A stretch of DNA of 64,000 bases, from contig DASTZS010000028.1 in assembly GCA_035764165.1 (NCBI GenBank), forward strand, positions 20,522-84,521, in the 5' to 3' direction. The notes under the pieces were generated by a model that saw nothing but the letters and a program-made list of their open reading frames with translations, searched no databases and was not told the origin of the DNA. Source of the DNA: Gaiellaceae bacterium. GTDB taxonomy: Bacteria > Actinomycetota > Thermoleophilia > Gaiellales > Gaiellaceae. Shown in pieces: positions 26,815 to 37,536 of the stretch. Within the stretch, counting starts at the first letter, position 1. Every line of letters starts with the position of its first letter. A program made the translations under genes and the position numbers.

Positions 26815-28482
26815 GTGAGAAGCAGATGGAAGGTGTTCAGGGCGGTCGGCGTGCTCGCACTCGCCGGGGCTCTCGCCGTCTTCGCTGCGGGTTGCGGCGG
26901 CGGCGGCAACAAGTCGTCAGAGGGAGGCGGCGAGAACGCGGGTAGCAGCGGCAAGACCTATCCGGTGCTGCGCGTGATCTGGGACGCCCCCGATTACATG
27001 GACCCGGCGCTCGCCTACACGGTGGCCGCCTGGCAGATCAACTGGTACGTGTACGAAGGCCTGCTCGGCTACAAGCACGTATCGGGCGCGGAGGGCGCGA
27101 CTCTTGTCCCGTACCTCGCGGAGAGCATGCCGAAGGTCTCGGCCGGCGGGACGAAGCTCAGCTTCAAGCTCCGTGACGGCCTGAAGTATTCGGATGGCTC
27201 GCCGGTCAAGGCGAGCGACTTCCGGGCGTCGATCGAGCGTCTGTTCAAAGTCGATTCGCCGGGCGTCGGCTTCTTCACGGTGATCAAGGGCGCGAGCCAG
27301 TTCGCCGACACGAAGAAGGGTCACATCACCGGAATCGTGACGAACGACGCGAACCGGACGATCGACATCACGCTCGAGCATCCGGAAGGTGACATCCTCT
27401 ACATCCTGTCGACCCAGTTCGCCTCGATTTTGCCGGCGAACACGCCGCCGAGCGATCAGTCGACGAAGGGGATTCCCGCGACCGGCCCGTACATGATCCA
27501 GAACTACGTGCCGAGCAGGAGCTTCACGGTCGTTCGGAATCCGAACTACAACAACCAGATTCCGACGATGCCGAGCGGCAATCCCGACAAGGTCGTCGGC
27601 AAGATCATCACCGACCCGGTGGCCGCGTATCAGCAGGTCGTGAGCGGCAAGGCGGACTACGACTTCCAGGTCGTTCCGAACGACCGCCTGCCGGAAGCGC
27701 AGTCCAAGTACAAGGATCAGCTGAAGATCTACACGGCTGCGAACACCTACTACTACTTCCTGAACAACAAGCTGCCGCCGTTCGACAACATCAAGGCGCG
27801 GCAGGCGGTCAACTACGCAATCGACCGCAACGCGATCATCTCGGGCGTGTACGGCGGACTCGGCCGGCCGACGCAGAACTTCCTGCCGCCCGACTACCCG
27901 CAGTACAAGAAGATCGACCACTGGAAGTTCGACCTGGCGAAGGCGAAGCAGCTCGTCCAGCAGTCGGGGACTGCGGGAGCGACCGTCGACGTCTACGGGC
28001 CGAACGAGGATCCGTCGAAGGCGTCGACGGAGTACCTGGCCAGCCAGCTGTCGAAGATCGGCTACAAGCCGAAGCTGCACCTGCTGAGCCACCAGGTCTA
28101 CTTCACGACGATCGGGAACCAGGCGACGAAGGCCCAGGCGGGCTTCACCGACTGGTACCAGGACTACCCGCACCCGATCGACTGGTTCGACGTGCTGCTG
28201 AACGGGAATCGCATCACGAAGACGCACAACAACAACCCGGGCAACGTCGACGTGCCGTCCGTGAACAAGGAGATCGAGGCTCTGAAGAAGGAGACGGAGC
28301 TGACTTCAGAGGTAAACGACCGGTGGGCGAAGGTGGACAAGGACCTCATGGTCACCTACGCGACCACCATCGCCTACATGAACCGCTCGGCAACTGACTT
28401 CTTCGGTCCCAAGCAGGATCTCAGTTGCTATTCGTTCCACGTGCTCGGGCAGTGGGACTTCGGTCTCAGCTGCGAGAAGTAG
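26815..28482 (+). CDS. Peptide ABC transporter substrate-binding lipoprotein (family 5)
   Basis: 555 aa with lipobox LAVFAAGCGGGG and a family-5 SBP body. Confidence 0.85.
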   Translation: MRSRWKVFRAVGVLALAGALAVFAAGCGGGGNKSSEGGGENAGSSGKTYPVLRVIWDAPDYMDPALAYTVAAWQINWYVYEGLLGYKHVSGAEGATLVPYLAESMPKVSAGGTKLSFKLRDGLKYSDGSPVKASDFRASIERLFKVDSPGVGFFTVIKGASQFADTKKGHITGIVTNDANRTIDITLEHPEGDILYILSTQFASILPANTPPSDQSTKGIPATGPYMIQNYVPSRSFTVVRNPNYNNQIPTMPSGNPDKVVGKIITDPVAAYQQVVSGKADYDFQVVPNDRLPEAQSKYKDQLKIYTAANTYYYFLNNKLPPFDNIKARQAVNYAIDRNAIISGVYGGLGRPTQNFLPPDYPQYKKIDHWKFDLAKAKQLVQQSGTAGATVDVYGPNEDPSKASTEYLASQLSKIGYKPKLHLLSHQVYFTTIGNQATKAQAGFTDWYQDYPHPIDWFDVLLNGNRITKTHNNNPGNVDVPSVNKEIEALKKETELTSEVNDRWAKVDKDLMVTYATTIAYMNRSATDFFGPKQDLSCYSFHVLGQWDFGLSCEK

Positions 28483-28491
28483 GAAGCACTC

Positions 28492-28526
28492 GGGAGGAGG
28501 GCGCCGACCGCCGGCGCCCTCCCTCC
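28492..28526 (+). other. GC-rich intercistronic hairpin after the SBP gene
   Basis: GGGAGGAGGGCGCCG-ACCG-CCGGCGCCCTCCCTCC. It is typical of SBP/permease expression uncoupling. It shares the AGGGCGCC/GGCGCCCT core with the hairpin at 16951. Confidence 0.5.
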
Positions 28527-28569
28527 TGATCGGGTTTCGGGCGGTAGGGAGAGAAGGAAGGATGGCCAG

Positions 28570-29658
28570 GTGGCGACGGAGACCACCACCGATTTTTCGC
28601 TCGACACGGCGGCGGCGCTCGCGGCCGACGAGGGAGGGGCAATCGAGGGCAGGAGCCCCTGGTTCCTCGCCTGGCGACGCCTGCGCCGGAACTTCGTCGC
28701 GCTCGCCTTTCTCTTCCTCTTCGTCCTGATCGTCGTCGCCTGCATGCTGGCGGGCCCATACGCCCGGCACGTGGCGCACACGACGCCGAACGAGAACCAC
28801 CTCGGCGAAACCTTCGTTCGCGACGGGCAGAAGGTCGACATCGTCTCGAAGGGCGGCATCACCGGCAGCGGTGACAACACGAGCTTCAAGGCCGGCGGGA
28901 TACCGGTGGGGCCTCAGCTCTGGCACGCCGGCGGCCGCTACGTCTTCGGCGCCGACACGCAGGGTCGCGATGTCGCGGTGCGGCTCCTCTACGGCGGTCA
29001 GAACTCGCTCAAGGTGGGCATCGGCTCAGCGCTCATCTGCACCTTGTTCGCACTCATCTTCGCGCTCTTGGCCGGCTACTACGGCGGCTGGGTCGATTGG
29101 ATCCTTTCGCGTTTCTTCGACCTCATCTGGGCCTTCCCCGTGCTGCTCTTGGCGATCGCGCTGGGCACTGCCCTGTCGATCAACGGGTTCCACCACGCCG
29201 GGATCAACATCCAAGCGGGTAGCCTCTGGATTCCGACGGGAGTGATCTCCTTCGTGCTGATCCCCTACATCGCGCGACCGCTGCGCGGGCAGATCCTGTC
29301 GTTGCGCGAGAAGGAGTTCATCGAGGCCGCAACCGCGCAGGGGGCGAGCCCGCTCCGGATCATGGCGAGCGAGCTGATGCCGAACGTCGCGTCGTCGGTG
29401 CTCGTGTTCTTCACGCTCATCATCGCGAACAACATCCTCACCGAGGCGGGGCTCTCCTTCCTGGGCGCCGGCGTCCAGCCGCCGAACCCGTCCTGGGGGA
29501 CGCTGATCGCCGACGGCCAGTCGAGGATCGCGACAGCGCCGTGGCTCGCGATCATCCCAGGGATCGCGATCGTCCTCACCGTGCTCTCGCTGAATGTCTT
29601 CGGCGACGGGCTGCGTGACGCGCTCGACCCGCGCGCGAAGGTGAGGATCGAGCACTGA
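28570..29658 (+). CDS. ABC transporter permease (DppC/OppC type, extended N-terminus)
   Basis: 362 aa with GADTQGRDVAVRLLYGGQNSLKVG and a BPD_transp_1 core. Confidence 0.85.
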   Translation: MATETTTDFSLDTAAALAADEGGAIEGRSPWFLAWRRLRRNFVALAFLFLFVLIVVACMLAGPYARHVAHTTPNENHLGETFVRDGQKVDIVSKGGITGSGDNTSFKAGGIPVGPQLWHAGGRYVFGADTQGRDVAVRLLYGGQNSLKVGIGSALICTLFALIFALLAGYYGGWVDWILSRFFDLIWAFPVLLLAIALGTALSINGFHHAGINIQAGSLWIPTGVISFVLIPYIARPLRGQILSLREKEFIEAATAQGASPLRIMASELMPNVASSVLVFFTLIIANNILTEAGLSFLGAGVQPPNPSWGTLIADGQSRIATAPWLAIIPGIAIVLTVLSLNVFGDGLRDALDPRAKVRIEH

Positions 29659-30611
29659 TGCTGACGTTCGTGATCAGGCGCCTGATCGGCGCGTTCCTCG
29701 TGCTCGTCGCGGTCTCGTTCATCACGTACCTGATCTTCGTGAAGATCCCCGGCGGCGATCCAGCGCAGCGCATCGCCGGGAAGCTCGCGACCGACCAGAA
29801 CATCGCGGATATCCGCGAGAAGCTTCACCTCGACGATCCGTTCTACAAGCAGTACTGGGGGATGATGGACTCTCTCTTCACCGGGAGTCTGAAGTCCTAC
29901 TCGAGCCAGTTGAACGTCGTCGACGAGATCAAGAAGGGCATGCCGGCGACGTTCTCGCTCTGCATCGGCGCCGGGATCATCTGGCTCGGCTTCGGGATCC
30001 TCGTCGGCCTCATCTCGGCGATCACCGCAGGGCGGTGGTCGGACCGGGTGATCACGGTCTTAGCCCTGATCGGCATCTCGATGCCGGTGTTCTGGCTCGG
30101 CCTGATCGCCCGCTACCTTTTCGCGGAAGGCCATCCGTTCTCGATCTTCCCGGACGCCGAGTACGTGGGCATAACCGACAACCCGTGGCAGTGGTTCGTG
30201 CACCTGCTGATGCCATGGTGGGTGCTAGCGGTGCTCTTCATCGGCTTCTATGGGCGTGTGCTGCGCTCCAACATCCTCGACACGATCAACGAGGACTACG
30301 TCCGCACCGCCAAGGCGAAGGGTGTGCCGTACAAGCGTGTGCTGGTCAAGCACGTCCTGCGGAACTCGCTGATCCCGATCGTCACGCTCTTCGGGCTCGA
30401 CTTCGCCGCGGTGCTCGGCGGCAGCGCGATCCTGACCGAGACCGTCTTCCAGCTGAAGGGGGTGGGGCAGTACGCTGCCGACTCTGTCCAGAGCCTCGAC
30501 CTGCCGCCCATCATGGGCGTGACGATTTACGCGACGTTCTTCATCGTCGGCTTCAGCGTGGTCGTGGACGTCCTCTACGCGTGGCTCGATCCAAGGATTC
30601 GCCCTACCTAG
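29658..30611 (+). CDS. ABC transporter permease (DppB/OppB type)
   Basis: 317 aa with the N-terminal MLTFVIRRLIGAFLVLVAVSFITYLIF signature. Confidence 0.85.
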   Translation: MLTFVIRRLIGAFLVLVAVSFITYLIFVKIPGGDPAQRIAGKLATDQNIADIREKLHLDDPFYKQYWGMMDSLFTGSLKSYSSQLNVVDEIKKGMPATFSLCIGAGIIWLGFGILVGLISAITAGRWSDRVITVLALIGISMPVFWLGLIARYLFAEGHPFSIFPDAEYVGITDNPWQWFVHLLMPWWVLAVLFIGFYGRVLRSNILDTINEDYVRTAKAKGVPYKRVLVKHVLRNSLIPIVTLFGLDFAAVLGGSAILTETVFQLKGVGQYAADSVQSLDLPPIMGVTIYATFFIVGFSVVVDVLYAWLDPRIRPT

Positions 30612-30738
30612 TGGTCCTGCCGACCCCATCCACCGCTCGGCCCGCCAGCACGCGGCGCGCTGCCGCGTCCGCTCGCTGCGTCCTTGCATCGCCTGGCGCT
30701 CGCAACCCGGGCATCCCGCGACGGAGCGGTCAGGACTA

Positions 30739-31764
30739 ATGGCCGAGCGGCTGATCGAAGTCAAGGACCTGGAGGTCAAGTTCGCAACCGAGGACGGGGT
30801 CGTGAACGCCGTCGACGGGGTCAGCTTCGAGCTGCAGCGTGGCGAGGTGCTCGGGATCGTGGGCGAGTCGGGCTCCGGCAAGAGCGTGACCGCGATGACG
30901 CTGCTCGGCCTCACCCGGGACAAGAACGCCCGCTTCGGCGGTGAGGTGCTCTACAAGGGCCGCGACGTGCTGCAGATGAACGAGGACGAGCTCGAGGACG
31001 TGCGCGGTAACGAGATGTCGATGATCTTCCAGGACCCGATGACCTCGCTGAATCCGGTCTACACGATCGGTGCGCAGATCTGCGAGGCGATCCAGATCCA
31101 CGAGCGTGCCGACAAGGGAGCGGCGCGCCGGCGCGCGGTTGAGCTGCTCAAGCAGGTCGGCATTCCCAACGCCGAGGAGCGGGTCGGCAACTACCCCCAC
31201 GAGTTCTCAGGCGGGATGCGCCAGCGCGCGATGATCGCGATGGCCCTCGCCTGCAACCCCGACGTCCTGATCGCCGACGAGCCGACGACGGCGCTCGACG
31301 TCACGATCCAGGCACAGATCATCGAGCTGATCGACCGCTTGAAGGACGAGTTCAACTCGGCCGTGATCCTCATCACCCACGACCTCGGGGTGGTCGCAGA
31401 GATCGCGGACGAGATCGTGGTCATGTACGCCGGGCGCATCGTGGAGCGGGCGATGAAGCGCGAGCTCTTCTACGACCCGCAGCACCCCTACACGTGGGGC
31501 CTCCTCGGTTCGATCCCGCGCCTCGACCGTCCGAAGCAGGAGCGGTTGCACTCGATCAAGGGCACGCCGCCGTCGCTGATCCGCATGCCGCCAGGGTGCA
31601 AGTTCCGCCCGCGCTGCCCGCATGCCTTCGAGAAGTGCACGCAGGAGCCATCGCTCGAGAACCGGGTCGAGGATCCGAAGCATCTCGACCGCTGCTGGCT
31701 CTCGGTCGACGACAAGCGCCGGCTGCGTGAGTCGACGCTCCTCGGCGAAGAGGAGGCCGCGTGA
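30739..31764 (+). CDS. ABC transporter ATP-binding protein (DppD/OppD type)
   Basis: [16 protein letters not shown] and [11 protein letters not shown]. It follows an unusual 127-nt gap after the permease gene. Confidence 0.9.
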   Translation: MAERLIEVKDLEVKFATEDGVVNAVDGVSFELQRGEVLGIVGESGSGKSVTAMTLLGLTRDKNARFGGEVLYKGRDVLQMNEDELEDVRGNEMSMIFQDPMTSLNPVYTIGAQICEAIQIHERADKGAARRRAVELLKQVGIPNAEERVGNYPHEFSGGMRQRAMIAMALACNPDVLIADEPTTALDVTIQAQIIELIDRLKDEFNSAVILITHDLGVVAEIADEIVVMYAGRIVERAMKRELFYDPQHPYTWGLLGSIPRLDRPKQERLHSIKGTPPSLIRMPPGCKFRPRCPHAFEKCTQEPSLENRVEDPKHLDRCWLSVDDKRRLRESTLLGEEEAA

Positions 31765-32876
31765 GCGAGAGCTCGAACGGCAACGAGCCGCTCGTCGAGG
31801 TCAAGAATGTCAAGAAGTACTTCCCGATTCGCAAGGGCCTGCTGCAACGAGAGGTGGGGGCGGTCCACGCGGTCGACGACGTGACGTTCGCCGTCCGGGA
31901 GGGCGAGACCCTCGGACTCGTCGGTGAGTCGGGCTGCGGCAAGTCGACCTTGGGCCGGACGATCGTGAGGCTGCTCGAACCGACCGAGGGGAACGTCGTC
32001 TTCCGCGGCCGGGACATCTCGAAGCTCGGCTCCCGCTCGCTCCGGCCTCTCCGGCGCGAGATGCAGATGATCTTCCAGGACCCCTACGCGAGCCTGAACC
32101 CCCGCAAGCGGGTCGGCTCGATCATCGGCACACCGCTCAAGATCCATGGGGTCGACAAGTCCGAGCGCCGCCAGCGGGTACAAGAGCTGCTCGAGAAGGT
32201 GGGGCTCTCGCCCGAGCACTACAACCGGTTCCCGCACGAGTTCTCGGGCGGCCAGCGGCAGCGGATCGGCGTCGCCCGCGCGCTGGCCCTGAACCCGAAG
32301 CTGATCGTGGCGGATGAGCCCGTCTCGGCCCTGGACGTCTCGATCCAGTCCCAGATGCTGAACCTCCTGGGCGACCTCCAGAAGGAGCTCTCGCTGACCT
32401 ACATCTTCATCGCCCACGACCTCGGGGTCGTAAGGCACGTGAGCGACCGGATCGCGGTGATGTACCTGGGCAAGCTGGTCGAGCTCTCGCCGGCCGAGGA
32501 CCTCTACCAGCGGCCGATCATGCCCTACACCGAGGCCCTGCTCTCGGCCGTGCCGATCCCCGACCCGGACCTGGCGGAGCAGCGGGAGCGGATCGTCCTC
32601 GAGGGCGACGTGCCGAGCCCGATCGACCCCCCCTCGGGCTGCCGCTTCCATCCCCGCTGCCGCTACATGACCGACATCTGCAAGCAGGTCGAGCCGCCGC
32701 TCGTGGACTACGGCAAGGGCCACCTCGCTGCCTGCCACCACCCTCTGAACGTCGACCAGGAGACCCTGGAGCGCGTGCGGGTCTCGAAGCGCCACACACC
32801 GGCCTCTGCGGACGAGGGCGCCACTCCGGCCAAGCCTGGCAAGGAGCGCTCCAGGCCAATCCCTCGATCGGGGTAA
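31761..32876 (+). CDS. ABC transporter ATP-binding protein (DppF/OppF type)
   Basis: [17 protein letters not shown] and [12 protein letters not shown]. There is a 4-nt overlap with the upstream gene. Confidence 0.9.
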   Translation: MSESSNGNEPLVEVKNVKKYFPIRKGLLQREVGAVHAVDDVTFAVREGETLGLVGESGCGKSTLGRTIVRLLEPTEGNVVFRGRDISKLGSRSLRPLRREMQMIFQDPYASLNPRKRVGSIIGTPLKIHGVDKSERRQRVQELLEKVGLSPEHYNRFPHEFSGGQRQRIGVARALALNPKLIVADEPVSALDVSIQSQMLNLLGDLQKELSLTYIFIAHDLGVVRHVSDRIAVMYLGKLVELSPAEDLYQRPIMPYTEALLSAVPIPDPDLAEQRERIVLEGDVPSPIDPPSGCRFHPRCRYMTDICKQVEPPLVDYGKGHLAACHHPLNVDQETLERVRVSKRHTPASADEGATPAKPGKERSRPIPRSG

Positions 32877-32921
32877 GACCCGCCGCTAAAGCGGCTTAGC
32901 CATGCGGCCGATAGCCCAGAC

Positions 32922-33251
32922 ATGGACGCCGCAGAGCGCAAGGAGATCCTGAGCCGCTACATGGACCACCAGCGCCGCTTCGAGGCGGTTGCTGCCAAGC
33001 GTCAGAGCGGAACCGCGGAGGTCATCCCGTTCAGTGGGCCTCTCCGCGAGTTGGAGCAGGAGCCCACGATGCGTGAGATCGAGGTGCTGCAGCTGATCTC
33101 CGACGGGCTTGTGAACCGCGAGATCGGAGTCCGCCTCTTCCTGAGTGAGGAGACGGTGAAAAGCCACGTGCGGCACCTGCTCGCAAAGCTGCAAGCCCGT
33201 TCACGGGCGCACGCGGTCGCCGTCGGGTTCCGACGCGGCCTGATCGCCTAG
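32922..33251 (+). CDS. Small LuxR/GerE-type HTH protein (no receiver domain)
   Basis: 109 aa. The C-terminal HTH is MREIEVLQLISDGLVNREIGVRLFLSEETVKSHVRHLLAKL. Confidence 0.75.
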   Translation: MDAAERKEILSRYMDHQRRFEAVAAKRQSGTAEVIPFSGPLRELEQEPTMREIEVLQLISDGLVNREIGVRLFLSEETVKSHVRHLLAKLQARSRAHAVAVGFRRGLIA

Positions 33252-33270
33252 CGCAGCCCCTGTATTCCGT

Positions 33271-33290
33271 TTTCCACTGAGCTGTGGAAA
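33271..33290. promoter_or_regulatory. Inverted repeat TTTCCAC-TGAGCT-GTGGAAA
   Basis: Read directly. It has perfect 7-bp arms and lies in the AT-richer gap upstream of the HD-GYP gene. Confidence 0.45.
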
Positions 33291-33308
33291 TCCCTCAACA
33301 GGGGGATG

Positions 33309-33323
33309 TCCACATCGTGTGGA
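33309..33323. promoter_or_regulatory. Inverted repeat TCCACA-TCG-TGTGGA
   Basis: This is a second palindrome sharing the TCCAC/GTGGA half-site, 38 bp downstream of the first. It overlaps the ORF-track ATG at 33306, which argues against that start. Confidence 0.45.
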
Positions 33324-33425
33324 AAACAGAAGCTACGCGGGCTTTACCAAGCCTTGAGTTGTCCCGCCACAGTCGCCACTGACACGGCGGCGGTGAGCGC
33401 GGCGATCACGCGAGGCGCAATACGC

Positions 33426-34865
33426 ATGGGGACTCCCTCGTTCGGGGGACTGACGGCGCTGCGAGTTTACGCACATACCAGCAGAGTTTTCAAGGCTCCA
33501 GGCGGGCTTTTCAGCCGATTTTCAGCCGTGGGGCTTTATGCAGGCCTGCTAGGCCTCGTCAGCCTTGTGCTTGTTGGAAGCCTGCTAGCGACCACGGGTT
33601 TGCTCCCCCATTCGGGCCCGGCCTGGCCGCTCTTGGGCTTCGCTCTCCTCGCCTTCGTCGCCGAGCGCCAAACCGTAAGGCTCACGGCCAACCTTCAGCT
33701 CTCCGTTGTCTTTCTGCCGCTCCTATTTGTGGCGGTCGTATTTGGACCTCTGCCGGCCGCGCTTATAGGCGCAATAACGGTCATTCCTGACTTCGGCAGG
33801 CCTTATACGAGGTGGGTGATATGGACGGCGAACAGAACACTTATCGGAGGTTTGGCTGGCATCGCGGCGCTCCACGTAGCGGGCTCCGGCGGTGATACCT
33901 TCGGCAGGATAATTGCAGCGACGTCTGCAGCTGCGGTTGTGGACTTCGCGCTCGACTTCATCCTCAACGGCACGACACTGGTTCTTCGCGGAACTGGGTC
34001 AATCCGGGATTTGGCGAGGACCACTGGCCCCATCGCCTTGGCGGGCATTCCTCTCTACACGTCTCTCGTCGGACTGCTGGCCTACAGCTACATCGCATTC
34101 ACACCGTGGAGCGCCGCACTGTTCTTTATTCCGGCACTCGCCGCCCAGCGGCTTTCTGTTATGTATCGCGAACAGCAGGATGCTCTTAAGGATCTCGGGG
34201 AAGCCAACGAACGTCTTGAGCGTGCCAATCTCTCATTCGCTGCAGCCTTGGTCGCTACCCTCGATGCACGAGATCGCTACACAGCCGGCCACTCTGCCGC
34301 AGTAGCGATCTATTCTCGAGACATCGCAATTAGGATGGGGCTGTCCGAGCGTGAGCAGAGTCTGGTGCATCTGTGCGGGCTCGTCCACGACATCGGTAAG
34401 GTCGGGCTTCCGGCAGGTCTTCTGGAAAAACCTGGCGCGCTCACGCTAGAAGAGCGGAGGCAGATGGAAGAGCATCCGGTTATCGGGGAGCGGATCCTCT
34501 CGAAGGTTGAAGATTACGCCGAAATTGCACTCATCGTGCGCCATCATCACGAGCGAGTGGACGGACTTGGCTATCCCGATGGATTGGGCGACGACGACAT
34601 TCCACGTCTTTCGAGAATCATTGCGGTGGCTGATGCATACGACGCAATGACTTCCGACCGACCCTATCGAGACGCCATGCCGTCTCGAGTCGCGCGGCTC
34701 CGACTCGCCCAAGCCGTCGAGAGCCAGTTTGATACCGCAGTGGTTGCCGCTTTTGAGGCGATTCTTGCGGGTGCAAGCGAGGACTACCGCGCAGGTAGTC
34801 GCTTTGACTTCAGCGTCGAGACACAACGCGCCGAACAGTCCGCACTCGAGGCCGCTACGGCCTAG
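33426..34865 (+). CDS. Membrane-bound HD-GYP domain protein (putative c-di-GMP phosphodiesterase)
   Basis: About 8 predicted TM helices, then HSAAVAIYS...[12 protein letters not shown]...[15 protein letters not shown] prefer ATG 33426; the ORF-track frame opens at 33306. Confidence 0.8.
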   Translation: MGTPSFGGLTALRVYAHTSRVFKAPGGLFSRFSAVGLYAGLLGLVSLVLVGSLLATTGLLPHSGPAWPLLGFALLAFVAERQTVRLTANLQLSVVFLPLLFVAVVFGPLPAALIGAITVIPDFGRPYTRWVIWTANRTLIGGLAGIAALHVAGSGGDTFGRIIAATSAAAVVDFALDFILNGTTLVLRGTGSIRDLARTTGPIALAGIPLYTSLVGLLAYSYIAFTPWSAALFFIPALAAQRLSVMYREQQDALKDLGEANERLERANLSFAAALVATLDARDRYTAGHSAAVAIYSRDIAIRMGLSEREQSLVHLCGLVHDIGKVGLPAGLLEKPGALTLEERRQMEEHPVIGERILSKVEDYAEIALIVRHHHERVDGLGYPDGLGDDDIPRLSRIIAVADAYDAMTSDRPYRDAMPSRVARLRLAQAVESQFDTAVVAAFEAILAGASEDYRAGSRFDFSVETQRAEQSALEAATA

Positions 34866-37417
34866 CTGTCTCCATCGAGCAAGAACATCGCGGCTTCCGT
34901 CCGGGAACGTACGCCAAGCTTTTCAAAGATATGTCTTACGTGCACCTTTGCGGTCGACTCCGCGATCCATAGCGCGTGCGCAATCTCCCGATTGGAGAGC
35001 CCGCGCCGCAGCAGTGCTAGCACTTCCTTCTCGCGCTCAGTCAGCGAATCGTGGCTTGTCGGACTTCTTGGGATCGGAGTGAGTCCGGCTTTTGATGCGA
35101 GCTTCGTGTCATAGCTGACGATCGGTTGCAGCAAGAAGTCGTCGAGTCCAATCTCGAGTTCTGCAATCGCCTTCAGAATCGCAGGGACCGCGCGATATGC
35201 CGTGACCAGAGAGTCGAGGTTCCCCGTGACACGCGACTCCGCCAGAGCGGCTGACATGCACTTCAAAAAGTGGGAGTCATCGCCCTCTTCGCGAGCGGCG
35301 ATCGCGCTTGCATAAGCCCTGAGGCAGCGTGCTTCGAGATGTACGCTCAGGGATTCAGAGGCCCGGATCTCGTAGGCAGCCTCTACCGGGTTGCCACCAG
35401 CCGCGAGCGCCAACCCACGCAGGGAGCGGAGCTCAGCTTCCATTCCCGGGCTCGCTGCGCGCGCACGTGTGCGCCTCAACGTGTCAAGCGCCGTCGACGG
35501 ATCGCCCTGCGAAAGCGGGATTCGGGCGAGAAGGCCTAGTGCATTCGCCTGAGCATGATGATCTTCCAGACGGTCAGCCAGCTCATAGGCATCCCGCAGT
35601 GTTCGCTCCGCTTTGCGAAACTCTCTAAGGCCGATCTCGGCAAGACCTAGTAATTCCAGGCCATGCGGTCTAGCCCAATCAAGACCGCAACGCTCCGCCT
35701 CTGCGAGTTGTCGCTCGGCGGAGTCGCGTGCCTCCTCGTAACGCGCTGCTAGTGCCAGCGCCGTGCCATAAGACTGCAAGAACCCCGTTCGAACCAGCGG
35801 ATCCGTCCTCTTGTCGAGCAGGCGGAGGGCATCGCGATTGAGATCGAGAGCCTCGCGTAGTCCGCCCCAGCGCACGGCGTAGTGCAGCGGCCCTTGGCTG
35901 AGACGGATCGTGTCTTCGATTGACTCGGGTGCCAGACCTTCAAGCTCTGCCAGCGTCTCGGCCGCGAGTTCAGGCTCCTCAAGATCGGTGAGAGTGATGA
36001 AACGACTCCATAGTGAGCGGCGTAGATCGGCCGTGGTGGTCGAACGCGTTCGAGCCTCGGTGAGAAGCGCAAACGCTTCATCGTGTCGATCGTCGAGCTG
36101 AGCGACTTGCGCAGCTCGAAACAATGCACGCGAGGCGAACGGATGGTGTTGAGGCAGACGACGTGCTAGCCGCCTTGCCTTCTCTTCCGTCTCGATTCTC
36201 CGCCCCCGTCGAAACGCCAGTTCGATCTCTGCAAGGGGGACGACCTCTTCACCTGGAATTGTCCGTCGTGCTTGGTCAAGCCACTGCTGAAGGGTGGCGA
36301 GCCGCCCTTTCGCCAAGAGATCATCCAGCGACCGCTCTAAGAGTTCAGTTAGTAACGCTTGAAGCTCGAACTCGCTTGCAAGCAGGAACGCCTCGTCCCA
36401 CGCTGACCGCTGAAGTGCAGAGCGAGCAATCGTTTCAACGGTCTTGAGTACCTCCTCTTCCTTCGCATCTGGCAGTTTCGTTCTCAGGAACTGTCGAAGA
36501 AGCGGATGAAGCTCGTACGCTTCGCCGTCTCTATTCAGGAATCCACGCTCATGAGCTTTACCAAGGATTGTTGCTGCATTCGCGCCGAAGAGTCTCGTTG
36601 CAAGATCCTCATCAATTGTCGAGGCGAGAGATAGCTGGGCCAGACTCCACTGTAAGCGCTTGTCAAGCCCCTGGTAGAGCTCCTCCGCGAAGTACGCATG
36701 CAGTGCTTGAGGCATTTCACGTCCCGACAAGTGCAGAGGGGACGCGACAAGCGATGCCAGCCCGATCACCGCAGGCCAACCCTCAGCTAGAGCGACCAGC
36801 CCCGCGAGAGTTCCGGGCTGGATGTCCGGGGGCGTTGCCAGCGCCGCTTCTTCATGGGTCATTGCGAGAATGTTGCGCCCGAACTCCGCCACCTCGCCGT
36901 AGAGAAGTTGTTTTGCGGACACCCAATTCGGACGGATGCGACTCGTCAGCAACATCGGTACGGTCGCGTGCGCGGCAAATGACTCCATGAATGTCTCTGC
37001 AGCGGGCTCGCTCGCGAGATGGTGGTAATCATCAATGACGAGCCAAGCATCTGGGCTGTACGCCGCAAGGTCGTCAGCGAGTAGACGTCCGAGGACCTGC
37101 GCCTCTGAATTAGGTGAGTGCGACATACCAAGGCGCTCCTGCAAGCGCTCGCTGACGCCCTGTGCGATCTCCTCAAGAGCGGAGCTGAGGCCGAGGGCAA
37201 GCGCTGCCACATCGACGGAAGCCGGCGTAGCTCTAAACCAGACACTTCGCCGTCCTTGTTCGATCCATTGCCTCGCCAACGTCGTCTTGCCGAAGCCAGC
37301 GGGAGCCACGAGAAGAATTCGACGGCCCTGGGCGCCATCCAATAGCCGCGTCAGGCGCGGTCGCTCGATGATTCGTCGACTCAACGCCCCAGATTGGCCT
37401 GCCTGCGCCTCTTCCAC
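34862..37417 (-). CDS. Large ATP-binding LuxR-family regulator (MalT/LAL type STAND NTPase)
   Basis: 851 aa. Walker A is [17 protein letters not shown]. The central part is helical and TPR-like. The C-terminal HTH is [43 protein letters not shown]. Its stop overlaps the HD-GYP stop (CTAG). Confidence 0.85.
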   Translation of the reverse strand: MEEAQAGQSGALSRRIIERPRLTRLLDGAQGRRILLVAPAGFGKTTLARQWIEQGRRSVWFRATPASVDVAALALGLSSALEEIAQGVSERLQERLGMSHSPNSEAQVLGRLLADDLAAYSPDAWLVIDDYHHLASEPAAETFMESFAAHATVPMLLTSRIRPNWVSAKQLLYGEVAEFGRNILAMTHEEAALATPPDIQPGTLAGLVALAEGWPAVIGLASLVASPLHLSGREMPQALHAYFAEELYQGLDKRLQWSLAQLSLASTIDEDLATRLFGANAATILGKAHERGFLNRDGEAYELHPLLRQFLRTKLPDAKEEEVLKTVETIARSALQRSAWDEAFLLASEFELQALLTELLERSLDDLLAKGRLATLQQWLDQARRTIPGEEVVPLAEIELAFRRGRRIETEEKARRLARRLPQHHPFASRALFRAAQVAQLDDRHDEAFALLTEARTRSTTTADLRRSLWSRFITLTDLEEPELAAETLAELEGLAPESIEDTIRLSQGPLHYAVRWGGLREALDLNRDALRLLDKRTDPLVRTGFLQSYGTALALAARYEEARDSAERQLAEAERCGLDWARPHGLELLGLAEIGLREFRKAERTLRDAYELADRLEDHHAQANALGLLARIPLSQGDPSTALDTLRRTRARAASPGMEAELRSLRGLALAAGGNPVEAAYEIRASESLSVHLEARCLRAYASAIAAREEGDDSHFLKCMSAALAESRVTGNLDSLVTAYRAVPAILKAIAELEIGLDDFLLQPIVSYDTKLASKAGLTPIPRSPTSHDSLTEREKEVLALLRRGLSNREIAHALWIAESTAKVHVRHIFEKLGVRSRTEAAMFLLDGDS

Positions 37418-37497
37418 CGCTCCCCTTCTTGTGCGGTGACTCAGTGACCACAGTCACAGTAGCGTCCTGCAATCCGAACTTTATGCGGCTAGCTGGG

Positions 37498-37531
37498 CCG
37501 TGCCTGCAACCCGGATGGGCCGCAGGCACGG
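37498..37531 (-). terminator. Hairpin CCGTGCCTGC-N14-GCAGGCACGG downstream of the small LuxR gene
   Basis: Perfect 10-bp stem 6 nt past the stop at 37537. There is no clear U-tract. Confidence 0.4.
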
Positions 37532-37536
37532 TGCCG

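Noticed and set aside
30612-30738. 127-nt gap between the permease and ATPase genes of the second ABC operon as a structured regulatory RNA.
   Set aside because: I found only a weak 6-7 bp closing helix (GTCCTG/CAGGAC) and no recognisable motif. That is insufficient evidence.
34862-37417. The STAND NTPase (LAL) as an Avs-like antiviral sensor.
   Set aside because: Its C-terminal module is a LuxR HTH rather than a nuclease, protease or other effector. Its layout matches MalT/LAL transcription activators. There are no adjacent defence genes.
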